A stretch of DNA of 64,000 nt from an uncultured Verrucomicrobiales bacterium (GTDB lineage Bacteria; Verrucomicrobiota; Verrucomicrobiia; Verrucomicrobiales; Akkermansiaceae), in assembly GCA_937930235.1 (NCBI GenBank), contig CALGLJ010000008.1:23-64022 (forward strand), given 5' to 3'. Within the stretch, counting starts at the first letter, position 1. Every line of letters begins with the position of its first letter. This document shows, piece after piece, positions 11,853-21,577 of this stretch. A program made the translations under genes and the position numbers. The notes beneath the pieces are model-generated. The model was not told the origin of the DNA. It searched no databases and saw only the letters and a program-made list of their open reading frames with translations.

Positions 11853-12910
11853 ACGAAGTCGAAGCGGGAGAGATCCTGAACGTCGATCAGCCCTGCGACT
11901 TTCTTCCCTTCGAGGACGATGACATCATCGATTCGGTTTTCGCGGATGATCTTGACCACGTTCACCGCGAGATCGTCAGTTTGCACCGTGATGGGATTCT
12001 TTGTCATATGTTCGCAGACGCAAGTATCGCCAATGTCACGGTGATTCTGATACCCCCGAACGAAGTCACCGTGAGTAAAGATGCCCACTAAGGAATCGTC
12101 TGGATTGACAATTGTCGCGGCCCCCGCACGGCACGCTAACATCGCGAGCACTGTATTCTGGACGGTGGTCTCAGGGTCGACTTTTACGAAGTCTGAGCCC
12201 TTCCTCATAATATCAGAGACCCGTGTCAGGAGGTATTTCCCGAGAGTCCCGCTGGGGTGAAGTTCGGCAAAGTCATCTTCCTGAAAACCGCGTTCCTCTA
12301 GGAGAACCATGGCGAGCGCATCGCCAAGCACTAACATATTGGTCGAGCTGGAAGTGGGTGCGAGGCCGAGAGGACAAGCTTCATCATCGACTCCGATATC
12401 GAGCACAATATCACTATGACGAGCGAGAGTGGAGTTTGGGTTTCCGGTGAGCGCAATCACTTGCGTGGCCCGTTTTTTCACATGAGGCAAGAGGGTCATC
12501 ATTTCCTGAGTTTCTCCCGAATAGCTCAGCGCGATAATGAGATCATCGGTGGAAAGGAGGCCGAGATCTCCATGCAGGGCGTTTTGGCAGCTGAGATTGA
12601 CCGCCGTTGCTCCCGTGCTGTTGAAAGTCGCTACAATTTTTTTTCCGATATTTTCCGACTTCCCGACCCCGATGATGACAATCTTTTTTTCCAAAAGTAA
12701 GGTGTCCTTGAGCGCGGTGATCGCTTGTGAGAACTGGTCATCGAGTCGGTCCGAGAGCCGCTTGAGCTGCTCGATCTCGATTTCGAGGACTCGTCGTGCT
12801 TTTTCAAGGAGTGGAGAGGAAGCGCTCACTGGGGAAGGGTGCCGAAGGTCAGAAGTAAGGTCCAGAAGTAAGTCTGGAGTGGGGTGCAGGAGCAGAGTAG
12901 CCTTTCTCAT
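11849..12910 (-). CDS. kdsD: Arabinose-5-phosphate isomerase (KpsF/GutQ/KdsD family; SIS domain plus CBS pair)
   Basis: SIS-domain motif GVGKSENIGKKIVATFNSTG, followed by tandem CBS domains at the C-terminus. Confidence 0.85.
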   Translation of the reverse strand: MRKATLLLHPTPDLLLDLTSDLRHPSPVSASSPLLEKARRVLEIEIEQLKRLSDRLDDQFSQAITALKDTLLLEKKIVIIGVGKSENIGKKIVATFNSTGATAVNLSCQNALHGDLGLLSTDDLIIALSYSGETQEMMTLLPHVKKRATQVIALTGNPNSTLARHSDIVLDIGVDDEACPLGLAPTSSSTNMLVLGDALAMVLLEERGFQEDDFAELHPSGTLGKYLLTRVSDIMRKGSDFVKVDPETTVQNTVLAMLACRAGAATIVNPDDSLVGIFTHGDFVRGYQNHRDIGDTCVCEHMTKNPITVQTDDLAVNVVKIIRENRIDDVIVLEGKKVAGLIDVQDLSRFDFV

Positions 12911-12915
12911 CCTCG

Positions 12916-14757
12916 ATGAAGCGCTTCCTGCCTTATCTCAAATATTTTCGCCCTGTTCGCTGGCATTTTGCAGGCGGAGTTTTGGCCGCCTTAATCTATG
13001 CTTTGGCGAGTGGACTGGGTTTGCCCCTCGTCACAAAAGAAGTATTTCCGATCATTTTCAAAAGCGAAAAATCCCTAGGGAATGAGGCGCTACAATATGA
13101 AAAATGGCGCGCAGCCGAACTCGGAGAACCATTTCAAGAGAAGCTGGTCAGCTCCTTTACGACAGATGAAATGCCCTCGGAAAAAGTCAGTGCCTACCAA
13201 CGACGCATGACAAATTGGCTGGGTGAGATGGAGCATTCCAGACTTGTTCTCCTCAGTTGCCTTTGGCTTCCCTTGGTCTTTTTTCTCCGTGCATTGGGAG
13301 GTTATTTTAATACCTACCTCTTGAATTATTGTGGTTATCGGGTGGTTGAGGGAATCCGAGATCAGGTCTTTTTCAAGATGCAGTCTCTTCCGGTTTCGTT
13401 TTTCCAGAAACATCAATCAGGAGATTTATTAGCGCGGTTGACTGGGGATGCTGAATTGCTGCGACAAACGGTGACCAAAGTGAGTGGAGATCTCGTGAAG
13501 CAGCCTGCGCAGCTCATTTTTGCCTTGGGTTTTCTGATCTATGTTTCAGTGGTCGAGGAGGGGAGCTTTATTGCTTTCATTTCTCTGCTCTCGATTCCGC
13601 TCTGCGTGTTCCCGATCCGAATCGTGGGTCGCCGCTTAGCGAAGCGGGCACGGGTGCTTCAAAATGTCGCAGGTGATTTGAGCGGCCAGGTTGCCGAAAG
13701 TCTGCAGGCTCCCATGGAAATCCGAGCCTATAATTTACAGGAAAACGTGATCGGGAAGTTCCGCCGTCAGGTGAAGGATCTGATCCGTTATTCGATGAAG
13801 GTGATTAAGTATCGCCAGGTGATTTCCCCTGCGGTGGAACTAGTCGCGGCGTTTGGCCTTTCCCTCGCGCTTTATCTTGGTTCGCAGCGAAGCATGAGTT
13901 TAGAGGCCTTCATGGCCATCGGGATGGCTCTCTATATGTCTTATGAGCCGATTAAAAAATTGGGGGCAGTCCACAGTCTCATGAAGCAAGGAGAAGCTGC
14001 GCTGGACCGTATCGAAGAAGTCTTACATGCGGAAGGTGAACTCGCGGAACCTCTCGCTCCGAAAACTCCCAAAGAGTTTTCGAGTGAAATTCGTTTTGAG
14101 AAGGTGTCCTTCGCTTATGGAGAAGAAGGGGGAGAAACGACGCTTAAGGAAATCAGTACCGTAATTTCTCCCGGAGAATGTGTCGCCCTCATCGGGTCCA
14201 GCGGTGCCGGTAAATCGACCTTTGCGAATCTCATCCCTCGATTTTATGACGTATCGGACGGAAGCCTGAAGGTGAGTGGTCAGGATGTGCGCGAGTGGTC
14301 TAAAAATGAGCTGCGCGATCGCATCGCATTGGTGTCTCAGACTCCAATTCTGTTTAGTGGGACCATTCGTGAAAATATCCGCCTAGGAAAACCAGGGGCG
14401 ACGGATGAGGAGGTCGAAGAAGCCGCAAAGAAAGCCTTTGCACATGACTTCATCCTGAAACAGGAAAATGGCTACGATACCCAAGTGGCAGAGAAAGGAA
14501 CGAAAGTCTCCGGAGGGCAGCGGCAACGAATTGCTATTGCCCGTGCGTTTTTGAAAGATGCGCCCATTTTGATTTTGGATGAAGCGACGGCAGCTCTGGA
14601 CAATGAAGCAGAGGCTCGCATTCAGGAGGCTTTGGCAAAGTTAATTCAAAATCGGACCACAATCATTATCGCGCATCGTCTCAGTACGACGAAGATCGCA
14701 GGTCGTATCTTAGAGTTTGATCGCGGAGAAATCATCTCCGAACGAGCAGAAGCTTAA
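12916..14757 (+). CDS. msbA: ABC exporter, fused permease/ATPase (MsbA-like lipid A flippase)
   Basis: Six-TM N-terminal half, Walker A GSSGAGKST, signature VSGGQRQRIAIARA, Walker B ILILDEATAALD. The LPS-gene context supports an MsbA-like role. Confidence 0.8.
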   Translation: MKRFLPYLKYFRPVRWHFAGGVLAALIYALASGLGLPLVTKEVFPIIFKSEKSLGNEALQYEKWRAAELGEPFQEKLVSSFTTDEMPSEKVSAYQRRMTNWLGEMEHSRLVLLSCLWLPLVFFLRALGGYFNTYLLNYCGYRVVEGIRDQVFFKMQSLPVSFFQKHQSGDLLARLTGDAELLRQTVTKVSGDLVKQPAQLIFALGFLIYVSVVEEGSFIAFISLLSIPLCVFPIRIVGRRLAKRARVLQNVAGDLSGQVAESLQAPMEIRAYNLQENVIGKFRRQVKDLIRYSMKVIKYRQVISPAVELVAAFGLSLALYLGSQRSMSLEAFMAIGMALYMSYEPIKKLGAVHSLMKQGEAALDRIEEVLHAEGELAEPLAPKTPKEFSSEIRFEKVSFAYGEEGGETTLKEISTVISPGECVALIGSSGAGKSTFANLIPRFYDVSDGSLKVSGQDVREWSKNELRDRIALVSQTPILFSGTIRENIRLGKPGATDEEVEEAAKKAFAHDFILKQENGYDTQVAEKGTKVSGGQRQRIAIARAFLKDAPILILDEATAALDNEAEARIQEALAKLIQNRTTIIIAHRLSTTKIAGRILEFDRGEIISERAEA

Positions 14758-15698
14758 AGTGCGTTTTCTAGGGCGGCTAGAAAGCGCGTTTGGAAAGCAC
14801 GATCATTTTCTTGGACCCATTCTTGGGCAGATTTTTGGAAGATTTCCAGTTGATCTTCAGGCGTGGCCAAGGTGTTTTGAATGGCCGTTTCGAGGGCCTT
14901 CGTATCGACATGGAAATTCGTTCCTAAATGACGTGCTTCGGTGTGGCTGCTTTTCACTAGTCTTCCGCGGTCAGGGCGCACCAGCTCATTCATCGGTGGG
15001 CCATCTGTGGTGATCACGTAAGCCCCACAAGACATGGCCTCGACGAGGTAATGGCCCCAGCCCTCCGAGCGGGATGGACAGAGGTGAATGGGATGTTCAT
15101 TACAGAGTGTGATAATCTCTTCATCTTTGAGGTATTCCGAAAAGAGGACGACATTTTCAGGCAGAGAAGCGGGCGCATTTTCCTGACATTGCACCAGAGT
15201 CAGAGGTGGCCATTCGGGATGTTTTTTCCAAAGCTCAATAATGGTTTCGGTCCCTTTTAAGGTGCTTTTACCGGCTAGATGAAGAATGCCCAATTTTTTC
15301 CGAGCAATATCAGATCGATATAAATTGTGGGAAGTAAAGCCCGTGAAATGGCATGAGGAATGAACTTGAGTGAAGACTTCGAGAGCATGTTGGCTCTTAC
15401 AAAAGATGTGGTCGATTTTCTTCAATACCGGGACATGACGTTGCGGAAAGCGCTCTTGATTTGGGATTAAGATATTGCAGGGAGCGGACCCGATCCATCT
15501 GGGGAAAACGCGCTCAAGAAAAATATTGGCATCAAAACGTTTTTCTCCAGGGAACCAGCGGCGGATGGGTGAGATGGAGCGACAATGGCTGATGGTGACT
15601 TCATAGTCAGCCGCTCTGGCAACTTGGTGAATCAAATCAACGTCACGATCAAGGCCGACTCCATTGGTGCGGGCGACGATGTTAAGATGCTTTTTCAT
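14754..15698 (-). CDS. Glycosyltransferase (GT4/GT1-like)
   Basis: E-x7-E motif region PSRSEGWGHYLVEAMSCGAYVITTD. LPS gene neighbourhood. Confidence 0.7.
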   Translation of the reverse strand: MKKHLNIVARTNGVGLDRDVDLIHQVARAADYEVTISHCRSISPIRRWFPGEKRFDANIFLERVFPRWIGSAPCNILIPNQERFPQRHVPVLKKIDHIFCKSQHALEVFTQVHSSCHFTGFTSHNLYRSDIARKKLGILHLAGKSTLKGTETIIELWKKHPEWPPLTLVQCQENAPASLPENVVLFSEYLKDEEIITLCNEHPIHLCPSRSEGWGHYLVEAMSCGAYVITTDGPPMNELVRPDRGRLVKSSHTEARHLGTNFHVDTKALETAIQNTLATPEDQLEIFQKSAQEWVQENDRAFQTRFLAALENAL

Positions 15699-16548
15699 GT
15701 CGCTGGAGGTAGTAGAGTTTTGAATATTTCAGAAAGACGGAGTGGGATGAATTTGCCGCAATCATGAGACCGGCTAAGCCATCGAGAAATCCTAGTTTGA
15801 GAACATAGTCTCGGAAAAATTTAAAAGGAGGGCGTAGCAAGATATCGCATAACGAGGCTCGTTTTCCCTTTTTTTGAAGCTCTTCCGCGGCGATGTCGGT
15901 GAAGTAGTTGATTTGTTGCACATGTGCGGACAGGGAGGCGACGGTATAGTGTTTGAGCTCTCCTTGGATATGTCCGGTGGAGGAGCCGTGGTCCATCTTG
16001 AAGGAGTCATGCGGGTTCACCCCCTGCCAGGTGCCTTTCTTCTTATGCCAAAGCCGGAGTTTACGATCCGGATACCAACCAGAATGCTTCACCCAGGTGC
16101 CACAATAGTTATTTCTCCGGTTGATGGTGTATCCATCGGCAGAGAAATTGTTCTTTAGGCTGAGGATGCTTTGGATGGCTTCATCATTGAGCTCCTCATC
16201 AGCATCAAGTGATAGACAGTAGTCATGATTCGCTTGTGTGATGGCAAAGTTCTTTTGCTGAATATGACCTTCAAATCGATGTTCGATGAACGTCACGCCC
16301 AAGTCATGGCAAATTTTAGCGGTATCATCCGTGCTGAATGAATCGATCACAATGATTTCATCAGCGACCTTTTCCAGAGAGCGGATACAACGAGCGATAG
16401 AAGCTTCCTCGTTATAGGTGATAATGAGGGCAGAAATCGGCGTGATCGATTCAGGGCTGGAGTGAAGATTTTCCATGGAGAGTGGGTGAGAAATTGATCT
16501 TAAGAAAAGCAGATCCCTGGTCGAGAGTGAAACGGGGAGAGAGGACAA
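15682..16548 (-). CDS. Glycosyltransferase family 2
   Basis: GT2 signature ISALIITYNEEASIARCIRS..IIVIDSFSTDDT and the DxD motif LSLDADEEL. An alternative ATG at 16476 (MENLHSS..) is equally possible. Confidence 0.8.
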   Translation of the reverse strand: MSSLPVSLSTRDLLFLRSISHPLSMENLHSSPESITPISALIITYNEEASIARCIRSLEKVADEIIVIDSFSTDDTAKICHDLGVTFIEHRFEGHIQQKNFAITQANHDYCLSLDADEELNDEAIQSILSLKNNFSADGYTINRRNNYCGTWVKHSGWYPDRKLRLWHKKKGTWQGVNPHDSFKMDHGSSTGHIQGELKHYTVASLSAHVQQINYFTDIAAEELQKKGKRASLCDILLRPPFKFFRDYVLKLGFLDGLAGLMIAANSSHSVFLKYSKLYYLQRHEKAS

Positions 16549-16589
16549 AAGCGTTGCAATGCTAGAGGGAGAGAATTAGGTTGGCCCCT

Positions 16590-18746
16590 ATGTTAGAAGG
16601 GGGATTTTCTGAATTTTCGGAAGGAAAATTTGTGGGGAAAATCGACCCTCGCTTTTTAGAAAATTTGGATACCTCTCGGCTGAGAGATTTTTCGAAAGAA
16701 CTCCAGTCTCCGGAAGGCCGCATTTTAGCTCAGGGGCGGCATCAAGTTGTGATGCTCCCTTTCTTGCGGGAAGGGCAATCGGTTGAGGTGGTGGTGAAGG
16801 CTTTTGGGCGGCAAAATCGGCTCAAAGATCTTTATGATTCTTATCATGGATCTAAGGCTTCACGGTCTTTTCAGGCGGCAAATTTTTTGTTTAAAAATGA
16901 GGTCGGAACTCCAGAACCCATTGGATATTTTGAACGTTGGGAAGGGCGGCGGCTCATGGAAAGCTATTATCTTTCGTCCTATCTCGATTCTTTAACCAGT
17001 GTGAGGGATTTGCTTTTTCAGATGTATGAGAGGTATGGAGACTGTGCCCATTTTGTCCGTTTTCTGAAGCATCTTGCGCAAGCGATTCGCAAGATGCATG
17101 ATGTGGGTTTTTGCCACTATGATCTGGGAAATCAGAATATGGAACTCACAGGAACGATTGATGGGAATTGGGGTGAGATTCAGTTTGTTGACCTGAACCG
17201 AGGGAAAATCAAAAATGATTTGAGCCCTCAAGAGAGAGCCATCGACTTTGCTCGTCTACGTTTGCCCTCTGCGTTTCTTGATATTTTGATTGCGATCTAT
17301 TGGGACGATCAACCACCGAAGGAATTCATCTCACGGCTGAAATCTTTAAGACGCCGCTTTGATCTGTGGGAGAAGTCTCGCGCTCTGAGGCATCCTTTTC
17401 GAAAGCGTTCAGGAAATGGCCTACTTCGGGTGCAAGATATTTGGATTTGGGACCGTGAATCAGCGCAAGCGTCGATCACAATGAATCGTGACGAACGGAA
17501 AAAGTATTATCCCAAGGGGCGTCATTTGGCGGTGGCTCAGGCCGTGACGAAGGAGGGGATTGGAGTGTGGAAGGAGTATCAACGCTTATTACCACAAGCA
17601 TTTACAAAAAAAGTTGAGCTGGCGGGGCGATTTGGAATGGCGCTGGAGGCGACAGATCTTGAGTTTCAGCAGCAGAGAAAATTTTTAGCACGGCTGAGTC
17701 CGATCCCGATCCCGGTCCTTTTGCGTTTTTGTCATCACGAGGGGCGAGCTCAATGGGAACGGACTTTGACTGACCTTGAGAGTCTCCATTCGGAAGGCTA
17801 TCAGGTGATGATTGCGATGGTGCAGTGTCGGCGTTCAGTTCTTGATCCTGAGAGTTGGCGTGAGTTTTTGGAGTTTGTGATAGACCGAGCGGCCGACATG
17901 GTGACGATGGTTGAGTTGTGCCATGCGGTGAACCGAATGAAGTGGGGGGTGCATTCTCCTCAGGAACAGGGGATGCTTCTTGAGCCAGTGGTGGCGTTGC
18001 AAAAAAAGTACCCTCAGGTGAAGTTCACCGGGCCGGCTTGTATTGATTTTGAATATCACTATGTCCTTTCAGCTTTGGAAGAAACACCCCGCGAATTTCA
18101 ATACGCCGCATTGTCGCACCACCTTTATGTAGACCGGCGAGGCGCACCCGAAAATTTTCAAAGCAAATTCAGCACTGTGGAGAAGGCGGCGCTTCTGCAA
18201 GCTATTGCGCGTTCGTCTTCTCGATGTAGCGATCAGGTGATTATTTCCGAGGTGAATTGGCCGATAAAAGGGACCGGGATTTGGTCTCCCGTCGGGGCGA
18301 CGTATTGGCCTGCGGGTCAACCTGAGAGTAAACTCAATGTGTCAGAGGAAGAATATGGATGGTATATGCTCCGTTACCTGGTGCTCACAATTTGTTCTGG
18401 ATTTGTGGAGCAGGTCTATTGGTGGAGGCTCGTTTCCCATGGTTTTGGTCTGGTGGATGAGCGCGCGGAAGACGGTTGGCGAGAACGGCCCGGATTTTTG
18501 ATGCTCCAATTTTTTCTGACGACCTTGGGAGAGGCGACCTTTTTGGAAAAGCTCCCTAGTGAGGAGGGGGTGTATGCGTTGAAGTTTCAGACGAATGAAG
18601 CAGAAGTGGTGATGGGGTGGGCGCATGGGGCCGCAGAAGAAACGCGGTGGCCTTCAGAGCATACTGCGGCGTATGATGCTTATGGGGAAAAGATCACTTC
18701 GAGGGCTTTGGGTGAAGCTCCCGTTTACTTTTTCTTAGAAAGATAA
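16590..18746 (+). CDS. Fusion protein: Kdo/WaaP-type lipopolysaccharide kinase domain plus a (beta/alpha)8-barrel glycoside-hydrolase-like domain
   Basis: The N-terminal ~260 aa carry the kinase catalytic loop FCHYDLGNQNMEL and FVDLNRG. The C-terminal ~430 aa carry clan GH-A-like strands (CHAVNRMKWG; IISEVNWP). ATG at 16590 (the track uses TTG at 16581). Confidence 0.65.
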   Translation: MLEGGFSEFSEGKFVGKIDPRFLENLDTSRLRDFSKELQSPEGRILAQGRHQVVMLPFLREGQSVEVVVKAFGRQNRLKDLYDSYHGSKASRSFQAANFLFKNEVGTPEPIGYFERWEGRRLMESYYLSSYLDSLTSVRDLLFQMYERYGDCAHFVRFLKHLAQAIRKMHDVGFCHYDLGNQNMELTGTIDGNWGEIQFVDLNRGKIKNDLSPQERAIDFARLRLPSAFLDILIAIYWDDQPPKEFISRLKSLRRRFDLWEKSRALRHPFRKRSGNGLLRVQDIWIWDRESAQASITMNRDERKKYYPKGRHLAVAQAVTKEGIGVWKEYQRLLPQAFTKKVELAGRFGMALEATDLEFQQQRKFLARLSPIPIPVLLRFCHHEGRAQWERTLTDLESLHSEGYQVMIAMVQCRRSVLDPESWREFLEFVIDRAADMVTMVELCHAVNRMKWGVHSPQEQGMLLEPVVALQKKYPQVKFTGPACIDFEYHYVLSALEETPREFQYAALSHHLYVDRRGAPENFQSKFSTVEKAALLQAIARSSSRCSDQVIISEVNWPIKGTGIWSPVGATYWPAGQPESKLNVSEEEYGWYMLRYLVLTICSGFVEQVYWWRLVSHGFGLVDERAEDGWRERPGFLMLQFFLTTLGEATFLEKLPSEEGVYALKFQTNEAEVVMGWAHGAAEETRWPSEHTAAYDAYGEKITSRALGEAPVYFFLER

Positions 18747-19345
18747 GCCCGCTCTAGTGGCAGGGAGAGAGAAGGGTGAGCTTCTTGAAGTTTGTCCAGA
18801 AAACGGTTCCAGCGGCGGACGATTTTCGCATCTACTAAAGAATCGAAGAGATTAAGGATGGGGATGGCAACGCGTTCTCCTAATCCATCGATTACGATTG
18901 GAGTGAGAGCGTGATCTGCGGACCGTTGCAGGAGAATATTCCGGCCATGGAGATCGCTAACGAGGATTTGATTTTTCTGAAGATATTGTCCGAGATCCTG
19001 CAGTGCGTGAAAGAATGCATCGAGGTGCTCAGGTTGAGTCTTGAGGTAATGTTCGAGTGTGTTTGAAACGGTCCCATCGTGATCGCGGACACACTCAAAG
19101 AGATGTGCCGGTCCCAAGTTGGTGGTGCAGGGAGCAACATAGTCGGCAATCATGGAGAGGTCCGTCTGGATTCGGTGGAGGGTGCGGAAGTATGCGAGAT
19201 CGGCTTTGAAGCGTTTGACGGACTTCGGATTATCTGTGGTGATTTTTAAACAAAGATCAGGGTTTTCCGGGTGCTCATAGCAGCGACAGTAGGCTCCTGA
19301 TGCGATGAGGTGATCAGTTTCGGAAATTTGAATCGGATCGGACAT
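18725..19345 (-). CDS. YrbL-like / LPS-kinase-like small kinase-fold protein
   Basis: GAYCRCYEHPENPDLCLKI (nucleotide-binding region plus Lys), ILVSDLHGRNILLQR (catalytic-loop-like), IVIDGLG. 206 aa. Confidence 0.6.
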   Translation of the reverse strand: MSDPIQISETDHLIASGAYCRCYEHPENPDLCLKITTDNPKSVKRFKADLAYFRTLHRIQTDLSMIADYVAPCTTNLGPAHLFECVRDHDGTVSNTLEHYLKTQPEHLDAFFHALQDLGQYLQKNQILVSDLHGRNILLQRSADHALTPIVIDGLGERVAIPILNLFDSLVDAKIVRRWNRFLDKLQEAHPSLSLPLERAYLSKKK

Positions 19346-19378
19346 GGGGAAAAGATGCGAGCGGCGGTTGAGGTCTGT

Positions 19379-20533
19379 TTAGGATGTTCCTGGAAGAAGC
19401 TCTTCGAGGTGGCAGGTGCGGATTTTTTTATGAGACCCAGGGAGAAGGGGGGCGTTTTCTGGGGTGGTAATGATCAGATCAATGTTGATTTCGCTTTGAG
19501 CTTCCAGTTCTGAGGGAGAACGGATGATCCATTCGATGAATTGAGGGGGGAATGGAAATTCTGGCTGAGGAGGGGCCTCATTTTCGGCCTCGTTTAGGAC
19601 GATGATCTTGAGAGGTTTGGTGATGGAATGGGGTGGAGGAAATGGGGTTCGGCAAAGTGCTTGCAGGGGGAATTGCTTGGGCAATTTCCAGCGGTCTTGA
19701 AACCAAAAGACGTCTCCCGGAGATGAACGCCAAGCGTTTTCGAGATTGGCGGCGCAGGCACTGGAATCGCGTCCGCTGACTTTGGTGAAAGTGAGTTCCC
19801 AATGGTCTTTCCGAATGGTTTTGCAGTGAAGGCCGATCATTTCTGCTTCGGTGCGTTTCGCAAGGAGTGCGGGAAGGGGGGAGCAACTGGTGGGGCGACC
19901 AAAGAATGCGCAGAGGTCACCTTTCCTGGGAATGCGTTGATCGGCTAAAATTCCGAGGATGCCATTTTCTCTCAAGAACGCACATAAAGTGTGGGAAGAG
20001 GTTCGTTTTGGGAAGAGGCGGACTCCGCGCTTTTTACGACGACGCTCGATGAGTTGGTTGAGCAGCGGGTTGTTGAGTGGTCGATAGTGAGTGGCAAAAG
20101 GGACTGTGACCTTCGCCAGTGCAGGGCTTTGGGCGAGAAGTTCCCAGTTTCCCATATGGGGAATGAGAAGGATGGTCCCTTTGTTTTTCGCGATAGCATT
20201 TTGGAGAATTTCCAAATTTGTCAGAGTAACGCAGTCTTTGATTTCTGTTTCCGATAGGAATGGAATGCGGATGGAAGAGAGTAGGTTGCCAGTCGTTTTT
20301 TTAAAAACCTCCTTGAGAAGTGAGTGCTGTTCGGCAGAGGTTTTTTCTCCTTCAAAAGCAAACTGAAGATTCCGCATGACGGTGCGTTTGAGTGGGGCGG
20401 CGAATGGCAGCAAGGCTCTTCCGGTCAGCGCCCCGATTTGATAGGTGAGCCCTACCGGTAAGTGGCGCATGATGAATTCAAAAGTACGATAAACTCCATA
20501 CTGAATTCGATGCGCCAGAGTTGTTTTTTTCAT
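19379..20533 (-). CDS. Lipid A biosynthesis (LpxL/HtrB-family) acyltransferase with a Pro-rich C-terminal extension
   Basis: Acyltransferase H-x4-E motif in LLIPHMGNWELL, and ILADQR. About 100 extra C-terminal residues (PFPPPHSITKPLKIIVLNEAENEAPPQPEFPFPPQ..). Confidence 0.7.
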   Translation of the reverse strand: MKKTTLAHRIQYGVYRTFEFIMRHLPVGLTYQIGALTGRALLPFAAPLKRTVMRNLQFAFEGEKTSAEQHSLLKEVFKKTTGNLLSSIRIPFLSETEIKDCVTLTNLEILQNAIAKNKGTILLIPHMGNWELLAQSPALAKVTVPFATHYRPLNNPLLNQLIERRRKKRGVRLFPKRTSSHTLCAFLRENGILGILADQRIPRKGDLCAFFGRPTSCSPLPALLAKRTEAEMIGLHCKTIRKDHWELTFTKVSGRDSSACAANLENAWRSSPGDVFWFQDRWKLPKQFPLQALCRTPFPPPHSITKPLKIIVLNEAENEAPPQPEFPFPPQFIEWIIRSPSELEAQSEINIDLIITTPENAPLLPGSHKKIRTCHLEELLPGTS

Positions 20534-20536
20534 CGC

Positions 20537-21577
20537 TCAGGAATTCAGATGTTTCAGGTAGTATCGGCTCAGGGCGGCCCCTTCCTGTTCAATGGCGTAA
20601 TGGTCGACGACATGTTGGCGGCCGGCCTGGCCCATTTGAATGAGGGCAGAATGATTTGTTAAAAGCTGAGCTAGGCGCTCTTGAGTTTTGGGGAGGTCAT
20701 CACAAGGGACCAGCGCTCCGTGGGTGCCATCGCGGACAATGTCTTTCCAAGCCCCGGCATGGGAAGCGAGGACCGCGCATTCCGAAGCCATGGCCTCCAG
20801 CACGGTGAGTCCAAATCCTTCATTACGCGAGAGGGCGGCAACGAGGGTCATCGCTTGAAAGAGGGCTGGGAGTTCGGAGCTGGGACGTTTCCCGTGGAAA
20901 ATGATGCGCTCGGAAAGTCCTGCCTCGGAGATTTCTTGTTCGAGTTCTTTTTGAAAGGAAGCAAAGCTCGGCGTGGTCTCACCGACGATTACAATCGTGG
21001 GGTCGAGGTTTTCTTTAAGCAAAGGAATGGCTGCTCGGACGAGGAGATCGACTCCCTTTTGGGGCCGGACTCGGCCAAAAATTCCGATGCCATATTTTCC
21101 GGGGAATCCCAGCTTCTGCCATGCCTGTTCTTTGTTTTCTGGCGGTTGATAGTGTGTGAGATTCACCCCGTGAGGGATCATTTCATCAGCAGGATTTTTG
21201 AGAAAAAAAGCGGCCGCCGAACAGGTGGTGAGAATGCCATCCATTTGTCCCATGAGATACTTGGTGAACTTGCTGTGGTGACGTTGTGCGGTAGAGGTGA
21301 AGATGATTTTCAGGCGTGCGCCAAAAACTTTTTTGGCTACGAGGGCTTGAATCATCTCGTCATTTCGCCGGGCGTGAAAGACGCGCGTTTTTCCGTCACG
21401 GCCGAGTTTGATCAATTCTCGAAAATTCAGGGTGGGGACATCAGGGGGTAAATGGTGTGCTCCTAAGACCGCCGTATTCACAGACCGGCGCACTTCGGGC
21501 AGGGTTGCTAGCATGGTCGAGGTGACACCGGAAAAGCGGGCATTCGAGTTTCCCAGAATGACTTGGATATCAGTCAT
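20537..21577 (-). CDS. Glycosyltransferase family 4
   Basis: E-x7-E region RNEGFGLTVLEAMASECAVLAS. I use the ATG at 21577 (MTDIQVILGN..), which overlaps the stop of the upstream gene by 8 nt (ATGACTGA). The track ORF runs to 21703. Confidence 0.75.
   Translation of the reverse strand: MTDIQVILGNSNARFSGVTSTMLATLPEVRRSVNTAVLGAHHLPPDVPTLNFRELIKLGRDGKTRVFHARRNDEMIQALVAKKVFGARLKIIFTSTAQRHHSKFTKYLMGQMDGILTTCSAAAFFLKNPADEMIPHGVNLTHYQPPENKEQAWQKLGFPGKYGIGIFGRVRPQKGVDLLVRAAIPLLKENLDPTIVIVGETTPSFASFQKELEQEISEAGLSERIIFHGKRPSSELPALFQAMTLVAALSRNEGFGLTVLEAMASECAVLASHAGAWKDIVRDGTHGALVPCDDLPKTQERLAQLLTNHSALIQMGQAGRQHVVDHYAIEQEGAALSRYYLKHLNS

Noticed and set aside
12537-13085. 182-aa plus-strand ORF spanning the kdsD 5' region and the msbA-like start
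   Set aside because: It is out of frame with both well-supported genes and is Ser/Arg-rich with no motifs.
20681-21451. 256-aa plus-strand ORF opposite the GT4 glycosyltransferase
   Set aside because: The minus-strand frame carries the E-x7-E glycosyltransferase signature, and the plus-strand product has no recognisable features.
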